Assembly (NCBI GenBank): GCA_977017575.1
Contig: CDRNVI010000183.1
Span: forward strand, 1-23,539
Source of the DNA: Paramoeba atlantica
Lineage: Eukaryota; Protista; Discosea
Direction: 5' to 3'
DNA: 23,539 nucleotides
The notes beneath the pieces are model-generated. The model worked only from the letters and a program-made list of their open reading frames with translations, was not told where the DNA came from and made no database searches. The translations under genes and the position numbers were made by a program. Below are positions 10,001 through 19,794 of the stretch, in pieces (position 1 is the first letter of the stretch; the number at the start of each line of letters is the position of its first letter).

Positions 10001-12757
10001 TTATTGGATTGTGATGAGATATTGGGTAAAATAGCTGATGGAAATTGCAAGTGGAGTAATTTCTAAAGAATAGCATGTGATGTTTAAGGGGAGGTCAATT
10101 GATGAAGCAGTGGAATCAGTATATGACTTTTTTTATGAAGCTTTGGTAGAAGGAAAAGATATGACCCTCCTCCAACTAGACTTTTGCAAAACATATGATT
10201 ATGTGAATCATGATGCATTTCTTTATATTTTCAAAGGTTTGAACACCTCCCCTCAAGCAATCTATGTTGTTGAGAAGGTGCTTTGAGAATCTGTAACCTG
10301 GCTGCCGAATATTGGTGAATCCAAGAGGGGAGGCAACAATGAATCAATCCAAAGTTGAACTGGTGTTAGACAAAGATGCTCAATCTCCCCCCTTTTGTTT
10401 GAAATTGTGTTTGACATCCTCTTGGTGAGCTTGAAGAAGGAATATAATCCCTAAGACCTATCAGGCTTTATGGATGACTTGGGGATAGTGATTCAGAAAG
10501 TTGAAACCATCAATTCTCTCACTCCAACCTTCAAGAAATATAAAGAAGTGACTGAAGCTAAACTGAACTTTAATAAGTGTTTTGTCCTCTCAACTGAGTC
10601 TTTCAAACCTGTAGGCCCCTAGGCTGAGATGGCAAGATCCAATTATTGTGGTGATGAAACTGTATATCTGGGAGTGAGGTTGAGTAAATGGTTATCTCCT
10701 CTTAAGGATTGAGAGAAAGTGATCTTAAAGATGAAGAAAGTTGGAGCAACAATCAAAAAAAGAGGTGGCAATTTTTGCTCAAGAGTAAGGATGGTTAATA
10801 CCTATCTAACTCCATGCATGGGATATTTAGCGAGATTCAAACTGATTCCAAAATCTGTTGCCTCCTTGATGTGGAAATCCATCCGCTCAGCTTTAGGTGC
10901 CTATGCCAATACAAAAACCTCCATTCTTACCTTATGCTATCCTTTCTTGGACTCAAACCCCCAACTGCACCATCCAATTGTTTTTAACTGAGCCCTCCTC
11001 ACTTCTTGTCCACTGATGAGGAGTGATTATTGGAGTCCTCTCTCCATTGGAGCCATGCAAAAGGATGCTCTTTTTGCAACCCAAAGCCTCTCTGCCAAAG
11101 TTGTATTTGGTCAGGCCACTTGAGTTGCTTATTCCAAGATGTCTCAAGTGATCCCTATTAAAATCAAGAATCTGTATGTGAGTGAAAGAAGAGCTGAGTG
11201 TGTAGTGTACAATTTGATACATGTAATTAAACCCTAACTTAAGAGAAATTTGATTAAGTTCCTAATAAGAGAGCTGCCTACAAGAAACAAGTTGGCTCAC
11301 TTTACAAACCAAAACTCAAGTTGCCAACTCTGCCACTGAGAAAAAGAGTTGTGAACTCATCTTCTAGAAGAATGTTCTGTGGCTGAGAGTCTCCTCCAAA
11401 CAATGGAAAGGAAATGTATTTTGTTGAATGTACCCAGCTGGCAAGAAACTAAGAATATGTGTAGCCTTGTTTCAAATTTTCTCACCAAACAAGAAACCTC
11501 TGTGGTGAGTGTTGCTCTGTTGAGTTTGTGGCTCATAGTGTGTGTGGAAGGATTGAAATCACTTTAATATGCTACTGAAATTTTTGAAAAAATCCTGAGA
11601 AAAAACAAAATCCTCCCTTAGCTCCCAAAAACTCAAACAAAAAAAGGAACCAAAAAGAAGGAAAGTTTTAAATTTAAAGGCTTTCAAGTGTTTTATGATG
11701 GTTCAGGCTGTACAGACCCTCATCTGGGGGGTGCGGGCTTTGCAGTTTTCAGGGAAGGGAAAGAAATATGTGGTGGGTTTGAAACCATCCCTTTTAGGTT
11801 CAACAATATTGGTGAATTTACAGGCTGTTTGAAAGGAATGTAATGTGCCAAATCAATGACAAATGAGATTGAAGTTGTCAGAAATTGTATGATTCTCACT
11901 AAAGCTGCACCCAAAACCCATGCCATCAAAAACTATGCCTTGAATGAACTACTTTGTGAAATCTGTAAGTTAGCAATATGCTTTGACAAGATAGAATTCA
12001 TCCATATACCCTGAAAACTTAACAAACAAGCTGATGCAATTGCAACTGCTGCAAGTTGGTTTAAAGAGGATGAAACATGTGCTGTGAATAACCATCATTG
12101 GGATCCAAAATTACAACATGTTGCAGAAACCAGTGAAGAGTGGATTATTTTAAATTTAACTCTGTGGAACTGGATCAATTCCCCCCTCATCCATGACTAG
12201 ACTTTCCTCATCTCCTCAGGAAATTTTGTAAGGAAATTTTAAGGAAACATGGTGACAATCTTCCATGTTTTGTTTCCAACCCAAACTGCTCTTGAGAATG
12301 CTTTAATCCTCTTTGTAATAATTACTAAAGATATCCAAGGATGGTTCCATCAGTTCCAAGAGAGCAATCTGGTGAGGAGCTTTATTAAGGAAGATTTTTG
12401 AAGGAATATAATTAACTTCATAGAAACCTTTAAATTGAATTCACTCTTTGGTTTTAAAAGGTGGACAATCAAATGCAGACTCCTTAGTGAGAACTAAAGT
12501 TGGTAAAGAAACTTCAATGCATTCCATGTTAAAGAGGGAGATAAATTAAGAGCTTTAGATTATTTTCTCTTTTAATGTACATTTTCCAACCTAAACTTGC
12601 AGAAATTCTAAAGTTCAGTATAAAGACTAACTGAACTAAACTGAAGTTTAAAACTTCACCTTTTGTTAGAAATTAAATAAATATAATTTAATGTAATCAA
12701 ATGATTTAAATTAAAAACTATTAATTGAATAAAGTTTGTTTTAAAAGGAAAAAAAAA
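7047..12757 (+). mobile_element. LINE family A copy 3: 5'-truncated, otherwise complete to poly(A); older and full of stop codons
   Basis: Colinear with copy 2 (5' part) and copy 1 (3' part), with APE, RT, CCHC and RNase H motifs. It ends in the shared tail, AATAAA (12728-12733) and an A-rich tail (12743-12757). A degenerate TSD is possible: TTAAGTAAA at 7044-7052 versus TTAAAGTAAA at 12758-12767. Confidence 0.95.
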
Positions 12758-12914
12758 TTAAAGTAAAGTATTTATCACTAAATAATATAGTTTATCAGTA
12801 AATTACTGTTACTAAATTTTGAAAATTTGTTACAATTTTGTTGTATTCTTCAATATTAAAAAAAAAAAACATAGTGAACTTTTGAAAAATTAGAAAACAC
12901 AACTTTAATCATTT

Positions 12915-13375
12915 ATTTTCATTAAAATTTAGGATTTGTATATGAGAAAAGGAAGAATTGAGTGTAGAGTGTACAATTTAACAAATGCAATTAAACTTTA
13001 ACTTAAAAGAAATTTATTTAAGTTCAAAATAAAAAAATTGCCTTTTAGAGATAAATTAACTCATTTCATAAACTAAAACTCAAATTTCCATCTTTACTGA
13101 GAAAAGAAGTTGTGAACTCATCAATAGGAAGAAGGGTTTATAGCTAAAGATCTCTTTCAAGTAATAGAAAAAAAATGTATTTTGTTGAAAGTACTTACTT
13201 GATAAAAAACTAAAAATGTATCTGGCTTCATTTTAAAATTTCTTACCAAACAAAAAACCTTAGTGGTAAGTGTTATTTTGTTAAATTTGTAGTTTATAGT
13301 ATATGTAAAAGAATTGAAATCACTCTAGTATACTACTAAAATTTTTGAAAAAATTTTGAAAAAGAATAAAATCCT
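12915..13375 (+). mobile_element. LINE family A fragment 4 (region around the CCHC finger), extremely AT-decayed
   Basis: Aligns by eye to about 11150-11615 (GTGTACAATTT, GTTGTGAACTCATC, AAATGTATTTTGTTGAA, GATTGAAATCACT/AATTGAAATCACT, AAATTTTTGAAAAAAT), with most G/C replaced by A/T. Confidence 0.85.
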
Positions 13376-13465
13376 ATAAGAAAGTATTTATAACTAAAAT
13401 TATAGTTAAAAAACTTTTAAACTTTTTTTCTTGTAAACTTTTTCTTTTTAATAAAAAAATTTTTT

Positions 13466-13889
13466 GTGTTGGCACCTATAGTTTAGTTGTAAATTCAACT
13501 ATATCTAACCTTAGGGAGGCAAGTTCAAATCCTAGTTTTTTGATATTATGGAAAATTTTTTTGGTACTATAGAGTAATTTGATTGAAGTGAGGAGCTTTT
13601 GAAGAAGTGTAAAAATCAGAACAAGTTACATCTCAGCCCTGTTTGCTAAAAAGTTAAAGATAAATTCTCTTTGAAGAAACTTTGGATTATTTTCCCTTCT
13701 GATGTGCATTCTCCAGCCTGAACTTGTAGAAGTTCTAAAGTTCAACATAAAGACTAACTGAACTAAACTAAAGTTTAAAACTTCACCTCTTATTAAAGGT
13801 TAAAAATAAAAAAAATTTAATGTAATTTAAATAATTTAGATTAAGAACTACTAATTGAATAAAATTTGTTTCAAAAAGAAAAAAAAAAA
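13466..13889 (+). mobile_element. SINE-like retroposon copy 2, full length and decayed
   Basis: Colinear with the reverse complement of 5707-6128 and ends in A5GA11. A possible degenerate TSD is ATAAAAAAATTTT (13451-13463) versus ATAAAAAGATTTT (13892-13904). Confidence 0.88.
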
Positions 13890-13890
13890 T

Positions 13891-14665
13891 AATAAAAAGA
13901 TTTTCATTTTATATAAAAAATTTTATTTTGTAAAAAGATTCTTTGTTTTGTGAAAAGAATTTTTGTTTTGTTCAAAGATTTTTCATTTTAAAAAAAAATT
14001 TTTTATTTTAATAAAAGATTTTTCATTTTATAAAAAGATTTTTTGTTTTGTAAAAAGATTTTTTGTTTTAAAAAAAGATTTTTTGTTTTATAAAAAGATT
14101 TTTTATTTTAAAAAAAAATTTTTCATTTTATAAAAAGATTTTTTATTTTATTCAAAGATTTTTTATTTTAATAAAAGATTTTTCATTTTGTTCAAAGATT
14201 TTTCATTTTAAAAAAAGATTTTTCATTTTAATAAAAGATTTTTCATTTTATTTAAAGATTTTTTATTTTAGTAAAAGATTTTTTATTTTGTTAAAAGATT
14301 TTTTGTTTTGTTCAAAGATTTTTCATTTTAATAAAAAATTTTTCATTTTAGAAAAAGATTTTTCATTTTGGAAAAAGATTTTTTATATTATGAAAAGATT
14401 TTTTGTTTTGTTCAAAGAATTTTTGTTTTGTTTAAAGATTTTTCATTTTAAAAAAAGATTTTTTGTTTTGTGAAAAGATTTTTCATTTTATTTAAAGAAT
14501 TTTTATTTTATTCAAAGATTTTTTGTTTTGTTCAAAGATTTTTTATTTTGTTCAAAGATTTTTTATTTTATTCAAAGATTTTTCATTTTGTTTAAAAATT
14601 TTTTATTTTATAAAAAAATTTTTTATTTTATAAAAAAAATTTTATTTTGTGAAAAGAATTATTTT
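13891..14665. repeat. 20 bp minisatellite, about 38 units, consensus TTT(T/C)(A/G)TTTT(A/G)NNNAAAGATT
   Basis: The period-20 register is visible directly, with every second 10-base block ending in AAAGATT or a close variant. Confidence 0.95.
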
Positions 14666-14759
14666 TAAAAAGATATTGGTGGATAAAACAAAAGATTAGG
14701 TTTTATTTTATTTTCATACTAAAGTTAAAAAACAATTTTTTTTTTTTTTTTAATTTAAA

Positions 14760-15770
14760 CATCAAAAATACCATTTATTGAAATAAAATATAATTTAGAT
14801 ATCCAAAAATATACTTAAATTAAAAAAAAACTTATTTTTTTTAAGAATGCAAGAATTGCAAAAAAATCTTACAAGAAAGTGGATTTTCTATAGTTTTTTG
14901 AACAATACCATCTCAATGTTTCTTTTTCTCCAATAAAGAACTAATTTCCAAGTTGTAATTTTAAATTTGGTCAAAAACTTATTAAAATCATTATTTTTGG
15001 AGAAAGTACTTATCTTCTTAATAAAAGTGTTGATGAAACCATAATTATTAATTAAATACTTAAAAATGAATTTTTTATTCATCTAAATTTTCCATTCCTT
15101 AAATGAAGATTCTCTAATCAGTAGTGATGATCTTTAAAGTCAAATAAGATAACATTGATAAATAATCATTTTAACAAAGCCTTAGACAAAAAAAAGATAT
15201 GATTAATATATTTTCTTTTATAATGAGTAAATTTATTTTATTTTAAACATAATATATAGAGAGAAGTACAACACTATTCAATCTTTTCCATTTGTTTTTT
15301 CTTCATATTTCAGTTGAAATTACCTCCAAAGATATTTATGTTTCTGGAATTCTAACAAAAAAAATAAATAACCTTCTATGAAATAGTAGTTACTTTGAAG
15401 TCAAAGTGACAGTATATATTCAAGATAAAATAGTTTATCAATCCAATAGTCACATGAACTCCAAATAATCCACTTATAATTTGATCAAAGAAACAAAAAG
15501 AAATCTCTTTTACCCCTTCTATCTACTTAACTCTAATAAACAAACCTCTCTTCTTTCCAAAAAAGTTGTTTTTCAACCAAATATACTTCTTCAATTAGTT
15601 TTTGATGAAATTGAGATCACATTTGGAATTAAAATAAGATTTTTAAATTAAAATAAAAAGAGGTTAACAATTTCCAACTATTTTCTAAAAAGTTTTCAAT
15701 TTATCAAAATTTTAAATTTTATTCATGTTTTAGGAAATAATATATATGTTAGAGAACTTACATTTATTAT
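14760..15770 (-). mobile_element. Decayed relic of a second, diverged LINE family (B): whole APE domain plus downstream linker
   Basis: One minus-strand frame reads IIS*NMN, C*PLFILI*KSY, KKYIWLK, SGLFG, NIY, IFGGNFN, THYKRKYINHIFF and DFKDH, matching family A APE motifs in order. ORF 14888..15082 aligns with family A SNKKRIPEYLIKDPKFINALI...LFKELW. Confidence 0.85.
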
Positions 15771-16916
15771 GTTCAGTTATATTAGCTGAAGATCTATCAC
15801 ATAAATCAACTCTAAGCTTACTCAGAGGATCTAATGAAAGGTACTTTGATTGAATTACATTAGGCAAGTTTGTGATTAGAAAAGGAGTTTCCTAGGAACC
15901 AACACCAAAACTACTTCTGATATCCATCAATTTCTTTTCTTTTTTCTTCTTATTTTTCTTTTTTTTGAGTTTAGTTATTGTTTGTTTATTTATTTTTATT
16001 TTTTTTTTTTTTTTTTTTTTTTTTAAATGACTAACTTCCCTTCCTCACTCTTTCTCCTTGCTTGGATTGTTCTAGTAGACTCTTTATTCATTTTGATTTT
16101 CATAGTTTTTCCCTATACATTGCAAAAAACTAATGAATTTTTTTGAAAGATTTACGAATCAAATCGATTAAGATGACAATTCTATCTGAAAGAGACAAAA
16201 AACGTCAAAGCATAAGGTGTACTAAAAAAGAAATCTTTTGTTTTTCTTTGATTTTCTCAATTCTTTCTTTTGATTGTATGTGGAAAAGTGAAATGATTGA
16301 TTCGGTGGTGTTGTTTTTAATAGTTTGTGAATAAAGAAAAAAAAAAAGAATAACAAACTAAAATATTCACTTGAAATATGAAATAAAAAAGTTCATTGGT
16401 AAATCAAACAATCTATCATATATCTTTCCAAACCTTTCAACTCTTCTTTTCTTTTAATTTCTTTCTTTTTTCTTTCTGTTTTTCAGTTTTTTTCTCACCT
16501 GCTGCTTTCTTTTCCGAAAAAGAAAAAAAAAATCCAATTCCCAATCAAATGTTGCCACATCATCCATTTTCTTTTTCTTTTTTTGGTTTTTTTTTGGTTT
16601 TTTTTTGGTTTTTTGTTTCGAACAGTTTTTTTTTTTCTTTTTTGTTTGTGAGAAAGAAAGAAAAAAAGAAAAAGAAAGAGAAAGAGAAAGATTCAACAAA
16701 AAAGAGAAAAAAATAAAAAAAAACAAAGAAAAAGGATTGTATGACCAAAATTGATTGAAAAAATCCAAATACAAACCAAAAATAAGATTAAAGAAGAAAA
16801 AAAGAAAAAGAATTGAATTTGTATTGGTCCTATCTTGATGGAAGCTTGAACAACTAAGAAAAAACAAGAACATTTGAATTCTTTTTCACCTCCTTGCCAA
16901 ATTTCAAGAAAAAAAA

Positions 16917-16928
16917 TTAGGGTTTAGG
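16917..16928 (+). repeat. Short interstitial telomere-like sequence TTAGGGTTTAGG
   Basis: 12 nt identical to the start of the terminal array and in the same orientation. Confidence 0.55.
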
Positions 16929-16989
16929 CTGTAGTTTTTTTTGTTTATTTGTTTAAACTTGTTTTCTGAAGCAAATAAAAAAAAAAATT

Positions 16990-16992
<3 letters not shown>

Positions 16993-17037
<45 letters not shown>

Positions 17038-18270
17038 TTTAATTTATTTTAATTGTAAACAAAGGAGAAAAAGAAAGATAAAACATTTTGAATATCTTTA
17101 AAGAGGAGCACTTAGAGACTTTACTCTTTAGAGTACAAAGTTTTGCTGAATAGATCTCATGTTTCTCACCATGCTATCAATGAGTGCAATAGAGAGTCAT
17201 TGCTGTGTATATTACAAGAAAGCTCAATAGAGATCTTGATCTAATATCATACCTTTCTGCAAAACCTCAGAAGCAATGCACTTCAGAAAGCTTGTTACAT
17301 CTGGTGAAATTGTATTACTTGATGAAGTTAACATAAAAAGAAAGAGAACTTCTACACTTAAAAAGTTGAACAATTTAATTTCTTTAAAGGTCCTCACTTC
17401 TTCAGGGGTGTTGTTATCTCTTCTTGCATTCAACATTTTGATGTGTAGGTGTTTTGGTAGATATTCATTCAGCTTTCAGATTCTCATTATGTGTGAAATT
17501 GCAAGTGGATTTCTGGGGTTGCACATATTTGATGTGCCTGTTGCCATACCTTGAAACCTAGATATTGCATTTCTGTCTTGGACTGAAGTGACTGTAGCAT
17601 CCAAACACAAGTGTCTCCCACCTTACCAATGTTTGAAAGTTAAGTTTGACTTCTTGTTGCAATGACCAATAGAAGGAAAATGGCCATCTAAAACCACATC
17701 AAATTGTACAAGTTTGGAGATTTGGAGAAGCTGTTTCACAAAATGATGATGCCTGTCATTCATACCTTGGTTGTATTTTACATAGTCAGAGAGGTGGAGG
17801 GAACTTGGCATAAGTTTGGAGCAGGCCTTGCAAGTAACAGTGCCTTGACTTGAGAGAGACAAAAGGGTGGGATCTGTAATGTCAAAGTAGCACCAATAAG
17901 CAAAGCAATACTCCTCAGCATTCAAAAAATCTGATCTATTGTAGTGAGTATTTTCTCCCTCAGAATTTGGATAGGCTGTTATCCACACATGAGAAATTGA
18001 GCCAGCTTCATTCTTTCAGAGCACAGCTTGCAGTAGAATAAAGTTATTATTTTGAATTATCTTTTTTCTGTTTTTTTGAAACTGATAGCTGGTGAGCTTC
18101 TTTTAATACTTGAGAGCTGCTGAGTAGTTGGATTCTAGGGGTAGATTGGTGAGCCTAGTGAGGAGTTGGTGAAAGGATAGGTTTTTTGTTTCTGCAATCT
18201 TCCACTCAATGTTAAGTTTAGCTTTAAACTTAACATATACATTGGAGATTGCTTGTTTCTCAAGGAAATC
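16993..18270 (-). mobile_element. 5'-truncated, decayed RLE-type (CRE-clade-like) non-LTR retrotransposon: C-terminal region, 3' UTR and poly(A)40
   Basis: One frame from 18270 to about 17175 has stops but no frameshift. It shows *KKLT, HVWITAYP, CKAC...H...(Y for C), RHH, KKSNLTF (decayed PDL position), LCLDATVTS and KLNEY, the Zn-knuckle/RH/PD..D..K order of RLE domains. A T40 run is at 16993-17032. No RT domain or TSD was seen. Confidence 0.72.
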
Positions 18271-18463
18271 ATTTTTTTTTTTTCAATGAAAGAGATTTTT
18301 ATTCAAAATAGATGGTTGTAAGAGAAAGAAATAGAAAGAAAAAAAGAGAGAAAAAGAGAAAGAGAAAAAGAGAAAAAGAGAAGAAAAGAGAGAAAAGAAA
18401 AAGAAAGAGAGGATAGAAGAGAGAAAGAAAAAGAAAAAAAAAGAAAAAGAATTAAATTGTTAC

Positions 18464-18559
18464 CTTCTTTGGAATGAAGAGGAGTGTTGTGTATTGTGCA
18501 CAGAATTATTGAAATGAAAACTGAATCTTTTTGAAGATTAAAAAGATATTTCACAAATC
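18464..18559 (-). other. Candidate spliceosomal exon a (96 nt)
   Basis: ttttattcctag|GATTTG...AAAGAAG|gtaaca, with an open frame FVKYLFNLQKDSVFISIILCTIHNTPLHSKE. Confidence 0.45.
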
Positions 18560-19141
18560 CTAGGAATAAAATGAAAAAGAGAATTTAAGTGAGAAAAAAA
18601 GAAAAAGAAAGAAAGAAAAGAAAAGGAGAAAGAGAGAGCATTGGAGAGAAAAAGGAGAAGAAAAGAAAAAAAGAGAGAAAAAAAGAGAAAGAAAAAGAAA
18701 GAAAGAAAAAAGAAAAAAAGAAAAGAAAGAAAAACCAATAATCAATCAATGTGAAGAGAACACACACATACACACAAAGAGAGAGAGAGAGAAAAAGAGC
18801 ATCAAATTCAAGGTGGGTAGGGAAGGATTAATGATTCACTTAAATAAAAAGTATTTAAAAAAAAAAAGAAAAAAAAGAAGAAAAAGAAAAAAAAAACCTT
18901 TCTGTATTATTGTCTTTTTTGTGTTCAAGAAAGTTGAAAAAGAAAAAACTCACAAAAATACCATATTATCATATTCAATGAAAGTGAATTAAAAAGGAAA
19001 AAAAAAAAAAAGAAAAGAAAAGAAGAAAAGAAAAAGAAAAGAAAAAAGAAGAAAAAAGAAGAAAAAAGAAGAAAGAAGAAAGAGAAAAAGAGAAAGAAGA
19101 AAGAGAAAAAGAGAAAGAGAAAGATGAGAGAGAGAAAAGAC

Positions 19142-19221
19142 CTTCATAAATATTGCATTTCAGAACCATCAGCACATTCATACTTTTTACACTAAAAAAA
19201 AATTGATTTCCAAATTCAAAT
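19142..19221 (-). other. Candidate exon d, copy 1 (second copy at 20665-20750)
   Basis: ttcttag|...|gtcttt borders in both copies; the same frame is open in both (FEFGNQ...KCNIYE / FEFGDQ...KCNIYE) and the lengths differ by 6 nt. Confidence 0.45.
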
Positions 19222-19300
19222 CTAAGAAAGAGAGAGAGAGAGAAAGAGAAGAGAGAGAAAGAAGAAAGAAAGAAAAAGAGAAGAGAGAGAGAAAGAGAAG

Positions 19301-19331
<31 letters not shown>

Positions 19332-19794
19332 AAAAAGAGAAAAGAAAAAGAAAAAAGAAAGAAAAGTGAGAACCATTATGAAAAAAAAAAAGTGAGAACC
19401 ATTATGAAAAAAAAAAAGAGAGAAGGAGGAAAAGAGAAGAGAGAAAGAAAGAGAGGGGAAGAAGAAAGAGAGAAAGAAAAAGAAAAAGAAAGAAAAAGAA
19501 AGAAAAAGAAAGAAAAAAAAAGAGAAAAAAGAAAGAAAAAGAAAGAAAGAAAGAGAAAGTTAAAAAAAAACCTTGTTGTAATACTATGATGATATCTTTC
19601 TCCTCTGATTTTATTAATCAGAATTTATTTTATTTTTTTGTTATTGACTGAAAGAAAAAGAGAAAAAGAAAAGAAAAAAGAAGAGAAGAGAAAAGAGAGA
19701 AGAAAAGAAAAGAAAAGAAAAGAGAGAGAGAAAAAAAAGAAAGAAAGAGAGAAGAGAACAAAAAGAGAACAGAAAGAGAGAAGAGAGAAGAGAG

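Noticed and set aside
380-11929. Antisense and off-frame ORFs over the LINE copies (e.g. 380..763, 4797..5096, 7473..7916, 9431..9697)
   Set aside because: They are shadows of the retrotransposon frame, have no recognisable motifs, and their ends are not conserved between copies.
12540-13889. The two direct copies of the tail (12540-12757 and 13660-13889) as LTRs
   Set aside because: Both end in AATAAA plus poly(A), have no TG...CA ends, PBS or PPT, and the second belongs to a full SINE copy.
13891-14665. CRISPR array, or coding ORF 14288..14473
   Set aside because: These are contiguous 20 bp units with no unique spacers in a eukaryotic subtelomere; the ORF is a translation of the repeat.
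281-18270. Reassigned stop codons (TGA=Trp, TAA/TAG=Gln) explaining the in-frame stops
   Set aside because: Most stops are private to one copy and correspond to TGG, CGA or CAA in another. Catalytic and zinc-ligand residues are also lost, which indicates decay.
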